A DNA stretch of 63,697 nt, the filler included, from Chiloscyllium plagiosum (taxonomy: Eukaryota), in assembly GCF_004010195.1 (NCBI RefSeq). It is 5 parts of one record of this genome, joined end to end, with 100 filler letters (N's around TTAATTAATTAA, not from the genome) between each part and the next. Parts side by side here need not be neighbours in the genome. Positions count along the whole stretch, not along the records: positions 43,517 to 61,625 come from NC_057717.1; 4 more parts are not named here. One strand, written 5' to 3'. The notes under the pieces are model-generated. The model worked only from the letters and a program-made list of their open reading frames with translations, searched no databases and had not been told where the DNA came from. The translations under genes and the position numbers were made by a program. Shown here in pieces: positions 49,658-61,725 of the stretch. The first letter of the stretch is position 1; the number at the start of each line of letters is the position of its first letter.

Positions 49658-51173
49658 AAGATTTCGATGTACATGAACAGGGTGGAAAAAGGTCAAGAAC
49701 AAGGGGGCACAATTTTAAAGTGAAGGGTTTGAGGATGAGAGAGAATTAGAGGATTATACTTCACCCAGAGGGTGTTGGGGTCTGGAATGTACTTCCTGAG
49801 AGGAGAGTTTTCATGGGTAACCTCACAACCGTTACAAAGTACTTGGACGAGCTCTTGAAGTGTCATAACATTCACGGCTATGGGCCTTGTGTAGGAAAGT
49901 GGGGCTAATGTAGACCGTGCTGTATATATGATGGTACAAAGTCTCTGCTCCTGTAAGTGTATGGTGTGGAAGGACCTGGACATCTCTGTACACCAGGTCA
50001 CTTAAACCTATATTGCAGGGATAGAGAGCAGTTAGGAAGATAAATATGGTGCTGAGCTTGATATCAATGGCGTAGGTGTGTATTATTGCAGCTGTGCAGG
50101 GCCCTTGGTGAGACTGCATCTCGAACGTCGTGCAGTATTGTGTGCAGTTATGGTCTCCTTACATAATGAAGGACATATCTGAGAGCAGTGAAGAATGACC
50201 AGACTGATCTGTAGGATGACAGGCTTGTTGTGCGAGCAGAGTTTGGGGATCTGGGCCTGTATTCCATGGGGTATAGGAAAATGAATCGACATCTCAGTGA
50301 AATATATACAACTCTGACAGGGCGGGGCAGATGGGAAGCAGGGTTTAAAATTCCCCAGGCTGGGAAGTATAAAACAAGGGGTCACAGTCTGAGGTACATA
50401 GTCCAACAGTCCAACACCGGCATCTACAAATCAAGATTTCGATGGACATGAACAGGGTGGAAAAAGGTCAAGAACAAGGGGGCACAATTTTAAAGTGAAG
50501 GGTTTGAGGATGAGAGAGAATTAGAGGATTATTCTTCACCCAGAGGGTGTTGGGGTCTGGAATGTACTTCCTGAGAGGAGAGTTTGCATGGGTAACCTCA
50601 CAACCGTTACAAAGTACTTGGACGAGCTCTTAAGTGTCATAACATTCACGGCTATGGGCCTTGTGTAGGAAAGTGGGACTAATGTAGACCGTGCTGTATA
50701 TATGACGATACAAAGTCTCTGCTCCTGTGAGTGTATGGTGTGAAAGGACCTGGGCATCCCTGTACACCAGGTCACTGAAAGCTATATTGCAGGAATAGAG
50801 AGCAGTTGGGAAGATAAATATGGTGCTGAGCTTGATATCAATGGCGTAGGCGTGTATTACTGCAGCTGTACAGGGCCCTTGGTGAGACTGCATTTCGAAC
50901 GTCGTGCAGTATTGTGTGCAGTTATGGTCTCCTTACATAATGAAGGACATATCTGAGAGCAGTGAAGAATGACCAGACTGATCTGTCGGATGACAGGCTT
51001 GTTGTGCGAGCAGAGTTTGGGGATCTGGGCCTGTATTCCATGGGGTATAGGAAAATGAATCGAGATCTCAGTGAAATATATACAACTCTGACAGGGCGAG
51101 GCAGATTGGAAGCAGGGCTTAAAATTCCCCAGGCTGGCAAGTATAAAATAAGGGGTCACAGTCTTAGGTACAT
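49632..51173. repeat. ~770-bp tandem duplication
   Basis: 49632-50399 is repeated at 50407-51173 with scattered substitutions. Confidence 0.95.
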
Positions 51174-51829
51174 GCATGCCACTCTGCATTGAGATGAGAA
51201 GAAATGTCTGCACACAGAGACTGTTGAACATGGGGAATTCTCTCTCGCANNNNNNNNNNNNNNNNNNNNNNNNNNNNNNNNNNNNNNNNNNNNNNNNNNN
51301 NNNNNNNNNNNNNNNNNNNNNNNNNNNNNNNNNNNNNNNNNNNNNNNNNNNNNNNNNNNNNNNNNNNNNNNNNNNNNNNNNNNNNNNNNNNNNNNNNNNN
51401 NNNNNNNNNNNNNNNNNNNNNNNNNNNNNNNNNNNNNNNNNNNNNNNNNNNNNNNNNNNNNNNNNNNNNNNNNNNNNNNNNNNNNNNNNNNNNNNNNNNN
51501 NNNNNNNNNNNNNNNNNNNNNNNNNNNNNNNNNNNNNNNNNNNNNNNNNNNNNNNNNNNNNNNNNNNNNNNNNNNNNNNNNNNNNNNNNNNNNNNNNNNN
51601 NNNNNNNNNNNNNNNNNNNNNNNNNNNNNNNNNNNNNNNNNNNNNNNNNNNNNNNNNNNNNNNNNNNNNNNNNNNNNNNNNNNNNNNNNNNNNNNNNNNN
51701 NNNNNNNNNNNNNNNNNNNNNNNNNNNNNNNNNNNNNNNNNNNNNNNNNTGAACGATTATACACAATCAATCTACCTCCTCCAATATTTCTTCCCTCAGT
51801 CACCCCCGCATATCACATGCTGAATGTGT

Positions 51830-52390
51830 AAATTTCAAACGTTCTTTTGAATTTTAATAAAAACCCTATTTAATTGAAAGTGGTTAACTGAACCTGCTTG
51901 TTCAGTGACTGTGATTAATGTTATCTTATAAGACAATGTCTTATAAGACAATGACAGAATCCAATGCTTTCGGTTTGCAGGACCTGGGAAATTGAACAGT
52001 TGAGAGGAGAACTGCCAAGCTATTAGCATGAAAAGATTGCCTGAAAAATAGCTCTCATGAAAGTACCTTTATTAAACAGTAACTGTTGAAGCAAAATCCC
52101 CAAGAACAAAAAAAGACTGGAATACGCAGAAGAACTGAAATGTTTTGTTTTGTGAATCTTAATTAGGACTCTAGTATTGTGGAGCAGGAAGGTAAAATAT
52201 AGGTGAGAGGACGAAGTTGGAAATAATCGTTGGTTTATTATTCGCTTTTATACTTTCAGAAGTAAAGTTGTTAATTTTTACTTTAAATAGGTTTGGACTC
52301 GAAATTTATCACAGATTACTGCACAGAATAAATCTTTTTCTCTGTTGCTGGTTTTAAATTAAGCAGGAGAATGTATCCTGTGTTGTAACA
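51830..52390 (+). mobile_element. Possible LTR (3' portion)
   Basis: AATAAA at 52327 followed ~60 bp later by ...tgttgtaaca, an LTR-like terminus. The 5' boundary is uncertain. Confidence 0.35.
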
Positions 52391-52942
52391 CTACAAACCC
52401 ACAGCAATGCGTTTTACTCGAACCCAGCCTGGATTTCACAATAACATTATGCAACCCACACCAACTGTGTGTGTCAGTCTTGAGGGACTGAATGAGATGC
52501 TGTATTACTGTGGACCAGGTATTTGGAACGTGTTGCCCCCATCTGCGCCTGTGCAGGTGGTTTCAGAGTCGAAATGGAACATATGAACATAGGACTGAGG
52601 ATCAAGAGTTGGTAATCAGACCTTTCGTCATGGTTCCAGCAGGCACTAAGATCTTGGCTGATCTGATTGCGATCTCAGCAGCTCTTTTCTCACTGTATAT
52701 ATTTTCCTAAATTCACTTGCCTGTCAAACGTTTGAATACAATACAACTTTGAATAAATGCAAACATCCAGGCACCACAAACGTCTGGGAAAGGGAATTCC
52801 CACTTGAACTGCCCGAAAAGAATTTCTCATTTGTGTTCCGATCAATGTTGGAGGGTCACTGTTTGCTTTTCCAGCCCTACTCTTCCACTGGTTACAACAA
52901 ATTTTAAATTTAACCAGTTTAGTGATATTACTAATTGTGTAG

Positions 52943-53161
52943 GTCTCACACTGGCCATTTTCTGGAAAATTATGAGACACAAAAAGTTGAACACATCACA
53001 AGTGGTAAAATGGGAGAGTTTTATGCTTTTGAAGTTAGTCTGTTCACACAAGCTGCTGGAAGTGGAATTTATTTCAAGGAAAGTTGGATTTGGCTGAATT
53101 CCCTTTGCTTCAGGCTGTGGAGAGATTCCAACGAATACTCATCAGGAATCCTTGAAAAGTG
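52943..53161 (+). other. Candidate coding exon (219 nt, phase 2-2)
   Basis: actaattgtgtag|GTCTCAC...AAAAGTG|gtaaag. Open frame SHTGHFLENYETQKVEHITSGKMGEFYAFEVSLFTQAAGSGIYFKESWIWLNSLCFRLWRDSNEYSSGILEK; family not recognised. Confidence 0.3.
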
Positions 53162-54433
53162 GTAAAGGTAACTCAGGAATTTTATGGCCTCACATTTTGC
53201 TATCAGTTGGAACAGAGTAAGAGAAATGGATCAATCGGCTGCTGCTAATTAGGCAGGGAAACGTTTTCGCCCTCTCTGTGTTAGAGCATAAAATAAATTC
53301 AACTGAACACCAAACTGGGCCATGTGCGCTCTCCATGAACATTCTCTGGAATGGATGATAATGAACTATATGCAGGTGCGTAGTTGCTGTTGTTGAGCAC
53401 AGTGCTTTCATTCGCAAAAAGAAATGTCCCCGCTTTATAATTTGATGACATGTTTATAAGTGTCTGCATAATTTGCAAATATTAGTCGATGTGTTTATAA
53501 TACGTGTGCTAAATCAATATTACTTATTCTTAAATTGAGTTTCTACTTTAATCTCCTTAACAAGAGAAAATACGCATTCAGCTGATACACCTTTCAGAAA
53601 GATGGTTTTATAAGATTTATCATCTAAGATCGAAACTGATAATCCCCAATAAAAAAGGCATACATTCCGTGAATGAGTAAATGGAAACATCGTTGGAAAT
53701 CATCTGAAAGAATTATCTTTTTTTTAGTTTAGGGGATCAAACCTTCACACAGTGTATCTGATGTGGTTTCAGCATTGCCCTGTACAGATGCAGCGAAACA
53801 TTCCTCACTAAACCTGATATCTTTTTGCCAGAAACAGCATCGTTCCACTTACCTTCAAAATCACTTGCTGCATCTGCAGACTGACTTCATATGACTCATT
53901 TACCAGGAACATGGAAACAGCCTGTATCACAGAGTTCTGCAATCTCCCCATTAAAATTGATTACCATTGTTTTATCCTTCCTGCCAAAACAGACACCTCA
54001 CCTTATGTTATTTCTGCTGAAAGTTTGCTCACTAACCTTGCCTGTCTATATCACAATAGAAACTCACTACCTTTATTTGTTGACACATTGAATGATCATA
54101 TTGGTATGCAAGGTAATTGAGCTTCAAGCCGTTCCCTCGTCTTCCTCCAGCTCTTTCATACAGATTATTGATCATTGACGATCCCAGAGTGATCTTTGAG
54201 GCAATCTATCAGTTACAGCTTTGCAACCTGAAAATGAACATTTATCTCTACTCTCTATTTCCTGTTAAGTTGCTCAGGTGGTTTGAATGGTCTCCTCCTG
54301 GGCTGCGAAATGTACTCAACGAGCTGAATTACTTCATTCTATATTCCTTTGCAACTCCTTCGAGGTGCAGAATGGTTCCCTCCCATCTCACTGAAACGAT
54401 ATTATGTAGCTGAATGGGGTTGTCACCTACCCT

Positions 54434-54673
54434 TTAATAGCATCGAAGGTGGATTGATGAAACAAAACATGGGTAGGGGCAGCAGTATATCTCTGTAGCA
54501 GCATCGAGGAGTTACTTGAGGGAACAACACGTGGGGTTGGGACATCAGTGTGTCTCTGCAACAGCGTCGAGGGTGGATTGAGGGAACAACACATGTGGTA
54601 GAGGCAGCAGTACATCCCTGTAATAGCCTCGAGGGGTGGATTAAGGGAACAACACGTCGGTTAGGGACGGCAG
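54434..54673. repeat. ~62-bp tandem repeat, ~4 copies
   Basis: Unit approx. taatagcatcgagggtggattgagggaacaacac(a/g)tg.ggtagggg.cagcagta.atctctg. Confidence 0.85.
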
Positions 54674-57600
54674 TTGGCCATTTGGCAGCACAATTCAGAA
54701 TGGTCATGGCTGATCCGATTATGTCTGACAATCCGTCGCCTGTCTGTACTCAGTAAACATTGAATCCACTGCCCAGCAAAGATCAGTCGAGCTCAACCTT
54801 GAATATTTTAAATAACTGAGTCTTCACTGCTCCCTGAGAATGAGGACACCACAGATATCACAACACTAAAGGGAAAGGGACGTCCTTATTTCATTTCAGG
54901 ACCCGTTATTTTAAACTTAACTTAACTTCACATCAAATCGCCTCTTTTGAGACATAAGGAAACAATAATTAGGAAAAGACATAAACCATTCAGCCCTCTA
55001 AACCTGTCCCACATTCCTCCTGACTCTTTATGTATCAAACCCAGCCTCTGCTGCTGTCTCAGCACGAGAATACCTGATCGCATAACAACACACAAGCATT
55101 ACAAAACGAGCGATATTAGGCCATTCGGACAATCGAGTCTGAAATGCCGTTCAATAATTTCTTGTATGTTCGTCAACCTCATTCTCCTGCCTTCTTCCAA
55201 GAATCCTTGATCCCCTTATAAATCAAAAACTTATCTCTTGGTGTCTTTAAGACACGAGTGTCTCGGTGTGTGTGTATGTGTGTGTGTGTCCATGTGCTTG
55301 TTATCTGAGTATTTGTATGCCTACTTCTGTCTGTACATCAACCGATGTGTTTCTATCTGTGTTTGTGTCTATCTGTGTGTGACTGTATATGCCTCTGTGT
55401 GCTTCTACGTGTGTGTATGCCTATCTTCTTGTATGTTTTGTGCACGTCAGTACATTGGGGTATTTACCAATATTTCTGTGTAATCCTGTGCCTGCACCTC
55501 TGCGTAATGTGGCATGTGTTTGTTTTGGGGGAGGGAGTGAGAGAGCTGACGTTGGAACTGCCAGTGGGTTCAAAGTGAGAATTGCCCTTCATTGAACATT
55601 GCTCCTTGCTCGGTTGGTGGGACATGGATGTTTCAGAATCTCCACACGAGGAGTACCGATCCTGCCCAGCTTGTACCAGGTCCTCCGCACATGGCGGTGG
55701 TGGGGAAGGGGTGAGGAATGGAGTACCGGATATCAGGCAATCCAACACCCAGCTTGGTCCTTTCTGTCCTATTTCAGCAGAGAGAATACGGTGACCATTA
55801 CCCTGGCAAACTTGGGAGGACATTGATGCTTGTCCTGTATTGCTGGATATTTCTTCAGATCATCTCAGCGTTGAGGTGAGTCTCCCCGAATGTGTTGTCT
55901 CTCACTAATAACGCCACAGACTCTGTCCCTCAGATCCCACAGTATCAGTTTGGGGAGATCGTAGAAATAGCAAAGAGAAGCAAACATTGGTGCGTTATAT
56001 ATTTAAACCAAAACTGTCATGCAAATATTTTGCATCATATTCTCTGGCAATTAGATATGCAAGCATATGCACGGAAGACCAATGGCCTGGCAGTATTATC
56101 GCTGGACTCTTAAGCCAGAGATCCACATAATGTTGTGGGCGCCTGGCCTGAATTTTTCCATGGCTGGTGGTGGAACTTGAATTCAATAAGTATCTGGAAT
56201 CAAGGGTCTATGATGAGAAGGAATCTGTTACCGATTTTTGGGGAAAAAACTCATCTGTTTCACTGAATGCCGTTTAGGGAAGGGAACTGCTGTTCTTACC
56301 TGGTCTGGCCTACATGTGACTCCAGACCTGCGGCAACGCTGTTGACACTTAATTGCCCTCCGACAGCAGCGGTAAATGCTGGCTATCCAGTGACGCCCAC
56401 ATCCTGTAAATGAGTAACAAATACTCGTGATTGCTGCAGTAATAATTGATGGTATCGAGTTGCATTGAAAACGCCTTAACTAAGTAACTGCTAATGTTGT
56501 GAAAAATAAATTCGATTAGTGTATTTGAGGTGGGTTGAAGACTATGTTGTGAACCAAACTAGAGAGCAGGTCATTTCAGATTTGGTGTTGTGTGGTCAGA
56601 ACGATTAATTAATAACCTTGCTCTTAAGCAGCTTTTGAGGAATAATGTCATTAATATGTTGCATGTTACATGGCGTCTGCATACAATATAGCATGTGTGA
56701 GCATTCTGGTCAAACGTCATGGAAGCCTGGGGGCTAGAAGGTCAGGTTCGCTCCAGTGAATTGAAAAACTACAATATAACAGTCAGTGGGAGACAAGCAA
56801 TGGTTGTTAGAGTCATAGAGTCCTACAACAAAGACACAGGTTGTAGGAATCAGTCAAAAGTGGTCCATTACTATCAAAATGTCCATACACACTAACCACA
56901 TTTCCCTGCCATTGTCCGTATCCTTCTCATCATTTATATCTGTGTATTTGTTCAATTGTGTTTTACATTTTGTGAACGTACCCACCTCAAACACTTCCAC
57001 TGGCAGCTCATTCCATATGTGTACCATCCTGTGTGTAAAATAAATGCTCCTCAGGTTCCCTTTTATTCTTTTCCCTCTGACCTTAAACTGATGTCATCTC
57101 GTCCGTAATTAATTACCTCAGGGACAAATGACTCATTGCATTCACTTTATTTATGCCTCCCATGATCTTATTCGCTTCTATAAGATCCCCGCCCTCCTCA
57201 GTTTGATACACTCTAAAGTAAAACGTACTACCTCGCCCTTCCTATGACCATTGAGACCTTGGCAACGTCATTGTAAATTTCTTCTGAACTTTTTCACAAT
57301 TTAATAACATCTTTCCCTTCGCAAAGTGAGCAAACGGAACATTAAGGTGCATGTATGCGCTCACCAGTGCATACTGCAACATAATTTCCCAACTTCGATG
57401 TTCATCACCATGACTGATGAATGCCAGAGTGCCAAAAGCCTTCTTCACTGTCCTGTCTAACTCTGAATCAACTTTCAGAGAACCATGCTCCCGAATTCCA
57501 GGGTTCGTCTGTTCCACTCTTAAGGCCCAACCATGAAATTCCGACCTTGATTTGACTTTCCAAATGCTAGACCTCACATGCATCTATATTAAACTCCATT

Positions 57601-59664
57601 TGCCATTTCTCGGCCCATGTCCCTAGCTGATCAGCGTCCTGCTGCAATTTGTGTTAACCTTCCTCACTGTCCACAATACCACATATTTTAGTGTCATATG
57701 CAATCTTAGTAATGATGTCTTGTACATTCGAATCTAAATAATTACACATATAACAAACAGAAATGGTCGCAGCACCGACCCCCGAGTCACTCCACTAGTG
57801 ACAGACCTCCCATCCAACAAACATCCTTCCACTATTACACTCTGCTTCCTTCTATCAACCCAAATTTGCATCCAAATTGCAAGCTCCCACTCAATTCCAT
57901 GCAATCTAATCTTCCAGTCCAGCGTAACATGTGAAATGAAATCTTTGTCGACTACGTATACCGCCCTGCCCTCACCAACATTGATGAGGGCAGGGCGGAA
58001 TACGTAGATGAAGGTCACTTCATCAAAGAACACTAACAAATTTGTGAGCCATGATCTCCTATGTACAAAAATGAATTGACTGTTCCTAATCACACCCTGT
58101 CTTTCCAAATGCATGAATATCTTCTCTCTTAGAATCTTCTCAAGAACATTACATAATGCAGATCAGATGTTCGGCCTGTAGCCCTTCTTGAATAAGGACA
58201 AAACGTTCACTGCCTGCGTGCGGATATTTCTGGTCAGAAATGGTAGATTTAAAGAAATACTGCAAAGTCTGAAAATACGTCTATTTCTTGAAGGTAAAGA
58301 CACCAAAATATGTTAAAGTGACTTAATGATGGTTAACATAACAACTTATCGATTATAATAATCAGAGGAATTGACTTCAGAAGAATTCCAGACATTTTGG
58401 AAAACTGAGAATTCTCAAAAAATTACAATCGAGAAACGTGCCATGACACTGATATGGAAATCAAAAAGTGAACATGTATATTAACAAACAGAACACAAAG
58501 ATGGCATAAATCGAAAAACTATATTTCAAATAAAACAAGATAAAAGCAAGGTCAAATGTAGGAATTTTTAACCGGGAGAGGAGAGTTTATTGTGGTGAAC
58601 AGGGAAATGGCCAAGAATATAACCAATTCCTTTGTACCTGTCTTCATGGACGAAGATCCCGAAAATCTCTGAGAAATACCAAGTGATCATCTAGGACATG
58701 TGGAACTAAAGACATAAAGTAAATTCATATCAGTAACAAGGTAGTACTTAACATTGTAGCTGGATTGAGAATTGATAAGTGTACTTCATATCAAAATATT
58801 ACAAATAAATCAGCAACAGAAGTATTAATTGCACAGTCGATTAGTGTGTTTTATTTTCTTATGCATTCTGCAGACGACGGAAGCCATTCTCGATGAATGG
58901 AAGGTAGGAAACGTGATACAAGCATGGTAGATGAATGGAATGTATCCAAGCATGCACAAAGGCAAGAAGAGATAATGTGGAGAACTGCAGAACAAATAAC
59001 TTGACATCTGTCGTTACATTGTTGAAATCTATTACATAGGGTGAGATATTGGACATTTAAAAATTAACAGCAACATTAGCGAAATCGTAAGCATTGCTGA
59101 AAGGGAAATCATACTTGATAAACTTCGAAATAGTTTGTAGGGTATTTGGAGGAAGAGATGTAAGTGGAAAGTTAAAGTTAGGTTCGCCTTCATTTAAGGG
59201 AATCAGAATATTGATGGGAGGTCATTTTGAAGCAGACTGTGTCTGGAGTATTGTGTACAGTTTTGGTGACCGAATCTGAGAAAAATATACTGACGACAGA
59301 GGCAGTGCAATGGACATTCTCCAGATAAAGCATCAGGTGGTGAGATTGCCTGATGAGGAAACTCTACCTGTGTTCTCTCCAGTTTCAAAGAATAAGAGGC
59401 AATCGCAGTGAAATTTAGAATATACATTAAACAGTTGACAAGTTGGAAATAAACAGTACGTTTGTCTGGCTGTCTACTCTACAGTTAAGGCAACAATAGC
59501 ATGAGAAGGGACAGGCCATTTAAGACCGCAATAAGGAGGAAATTATTCACTTGTTGGGGACTGACTAACACAGGGGCATGGAAACCTGCTGGAAGTGCAA
59601 GATTTGGGAAATTCCCTCGGTAATCTACATCTATCAATAGGAACCGAATGACTCGGGAACAGTA

Positions 59665-59986
59665 TGGGCGGCACGGTAGCACAGTGGTTAGCACTGCTGC
59701 TTCACAGCTCCAGAGACCCGGGTTCAATTCCCGCCTCAGGCGACTCTCTGTGTGGAGTTTGCACATTCTCCCCGTGTCTGCGTGGGTTTCCTCCGGGTGC
59801 TCCGGTTTTCTCCCACAATCCAAAAATGTGCAGGGGTTAGGTGAATTGGCCATGCTAAATTGCCCGTAGTGTTAGGTGAAGGGGTAAATGTAGGAGAATG
59901 GGTCTGGGTGGGTTACGCTTCGGCGGGTCGGTGTGGAGTTGTTGGGCCGAAGGGCCTGTTTCCACACTGTAAGTAATCTAATATGA
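59665..59986 (+). mobile_element. Young full-length HE1-type V-SINE
   Basis: Intact A/B boxes. Absent from the paralogous site at ~48549. Flanked by agta/agta. Confidence 0.93.
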
Positions 59987-60384
59987 AGTAGAACCCATCA
60001 GTGACTTGCTAAGTTGCATCCAAATAAACTTGAGTGGTAGGAGATAGATAGTGGTGGTAGAAGGCTGTTTGTGTAACTGCAAAGCAGTGTCCAATGGTAC
60101 ACCATAGGGATCAGTGCTGCGCCCCTTATTATTTGTGATTCGGAGGTGCCAATGTTGGACTGGGGTGGACAAAGTTAAAAATCACAAATCACCAGGTTAC
60201 AGTGCAACAGGTTTATTCAGAATCACGAGCTTTCAAACCGCACATTCATATAATGAAGAAGCAGCGCTTCAAAAGCTAGTGCCTCCGAATCAACATGTTG
60301 CACTATAACCTGGCAGTGTGTGATTTTTAACCTTATCATTTGTGGTATTCATAAATGATGTAGATGTGAATGGTAAGCGGTGTT

Positions 60385-61625
60385 GGGGGAGGGTGATAAG
60401 TAAGTGTATGTGTAACACAAAGTTTAGCCAGGTGGTTGGCAGTGGGAAGGAAGGCCTTATGTTACAGGACGATACTGATAGAATGGTCAGATGGGTGAAT
60501 CAATGGCAGATGGAATGTAACCCTGCTAAGTATGAGGTGATGCAGTTTTGAAGAAGGAACCAGATGTGGAGTACTCAATGAATAGTAGCACACGAGGAAG
60601 GTCAGAGTGCACTTCTCCACACATCCCAAAATGTGACTAAAAAGGTTAATGCACAAGTTGAGAACGTAAACATAGCCTCCTTTCATCGGCACATAGATTA
60701 TAAGAGCTTTGCGGAACATTGGTGTGGCCAAGATGGAATACTGTGTGTCGTTCTGGGAGCCACATTACAGGAAGGATGCGATTGTTCTGGAGGGTGTGCA
60801 GAGGAGATTCACCATGATTTTCGGTTGAATGGAGCATATCAGCTGTGGAGAGTGGCTGGAAATGCTCGGGTTGTTTACTTTGGAGTAGAAAAAGCTGAGG
60901 GGTCGCGATACAGAAGGATAAGATTTCGATGTTAAACATCACAACACCAGGTTATAGTTCAACAGGTTTAATTGGAAACACACTAGCTTTCGGAGCGTCG
61001 CTCCTTCATCAGCTCCGAAAGCTAGTGTGTTTCCAATTAAACCTGTTGAACTATAACCTGGTGTTGTGATGTTTAACATCGAAATCTTATCCTTCTGTAT
61101 CGCGACCCCTCAGCTTTTTCTACTCCAAAGTAAACAACCCGAGCATTTCCAGCCACTCTCCACAGCTGATATGCTCCATTCAACCGAAAATCATGGTGAA
61201 TCTCCTCTGCACACCCTCCAGAACAATCGCATCCTTCCTGTAATGTGGCTCCCAGAACGACACACAGTATTCCATCTTGGCCACACCAATGTTCCGCAAA
61301 GCTCTTATAATCTATGTGCCGATGAAAGGAGGCTATGTTTACGTTCTCAACTTGCGCATTAACCTTTTTAGTCACATTTTGGGATGTGTGGAGAAGCACA
61401 CACTCTGATCTTCCTCGTGTGCTACTATTCATTGAGTACTCCACATCTGGTTCCTTCTTCAAAACTGCATCACCTCATACTTAGCAGGGTTACATTCCAT
61501 CTGCCATTGATTCACCCATCTGACCATTCTAACTGTATCGTCCTGTAACATAAGGCCTTCCTCCCCACTGCCAACCACCCGGCCAAACTTTGTGTTACAC
61601 ATACACTTACTTATCACCCTCCCCC
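60385..61625. repeat. Long inverted repeat (arms 60385-60996 and 61012-61625, 15-nt spacer)
   Basis: Mirror ORFs 60646-60942(-) and 61066-61362(+). The centre is a family B PLE hairpin. The right arm is truncated by the linker. Confidence 0.95.
60981..61012 (-). ncRNA. Hammerhead core at palindrome centre (5' stem I strand lost)
   Basis: Minus strand: CTGATGA-a-ggagc(gac)gctcc-GAAA-gc-TA-gtg, preceded by gag instead of cac. Confidence 0.6.
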
Positions 61626-61725
61626 NNNNNNNNNNNNNNNNNNNNNNNNNNNNNNNNNNNNNNNNNNNNTTAATTAATTAANNNNNNNNNNNNNNNNNNN
61701 NNNNNNNNNNNNNNNNNNNNNNNNN
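61626..61725. other. Artificial scaffold linker
   Basis: 44 N + TTAATTAATTAA + 44 N. Confidence 0.97.

Larger units (their letters stand above)
47100..51249 (+). mobile_element. Old CR1 LINE fragments with nested PLE inserts
   Basis: LLKGKSYLINF, FINDVD, LQDDTDRMVRWVNQWQ.ECNPAKYEVMQF and LVRLHLE motifs. Confidence 0.75.
54865..61020. repeat. Segmental duplication family B, copy B2
   Basis: Direct copy of 43517-49560, with a ~300-bp deletion at ~55775, a templated insertion at ~57985 and an extra SINE. Confidence 0.97.
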
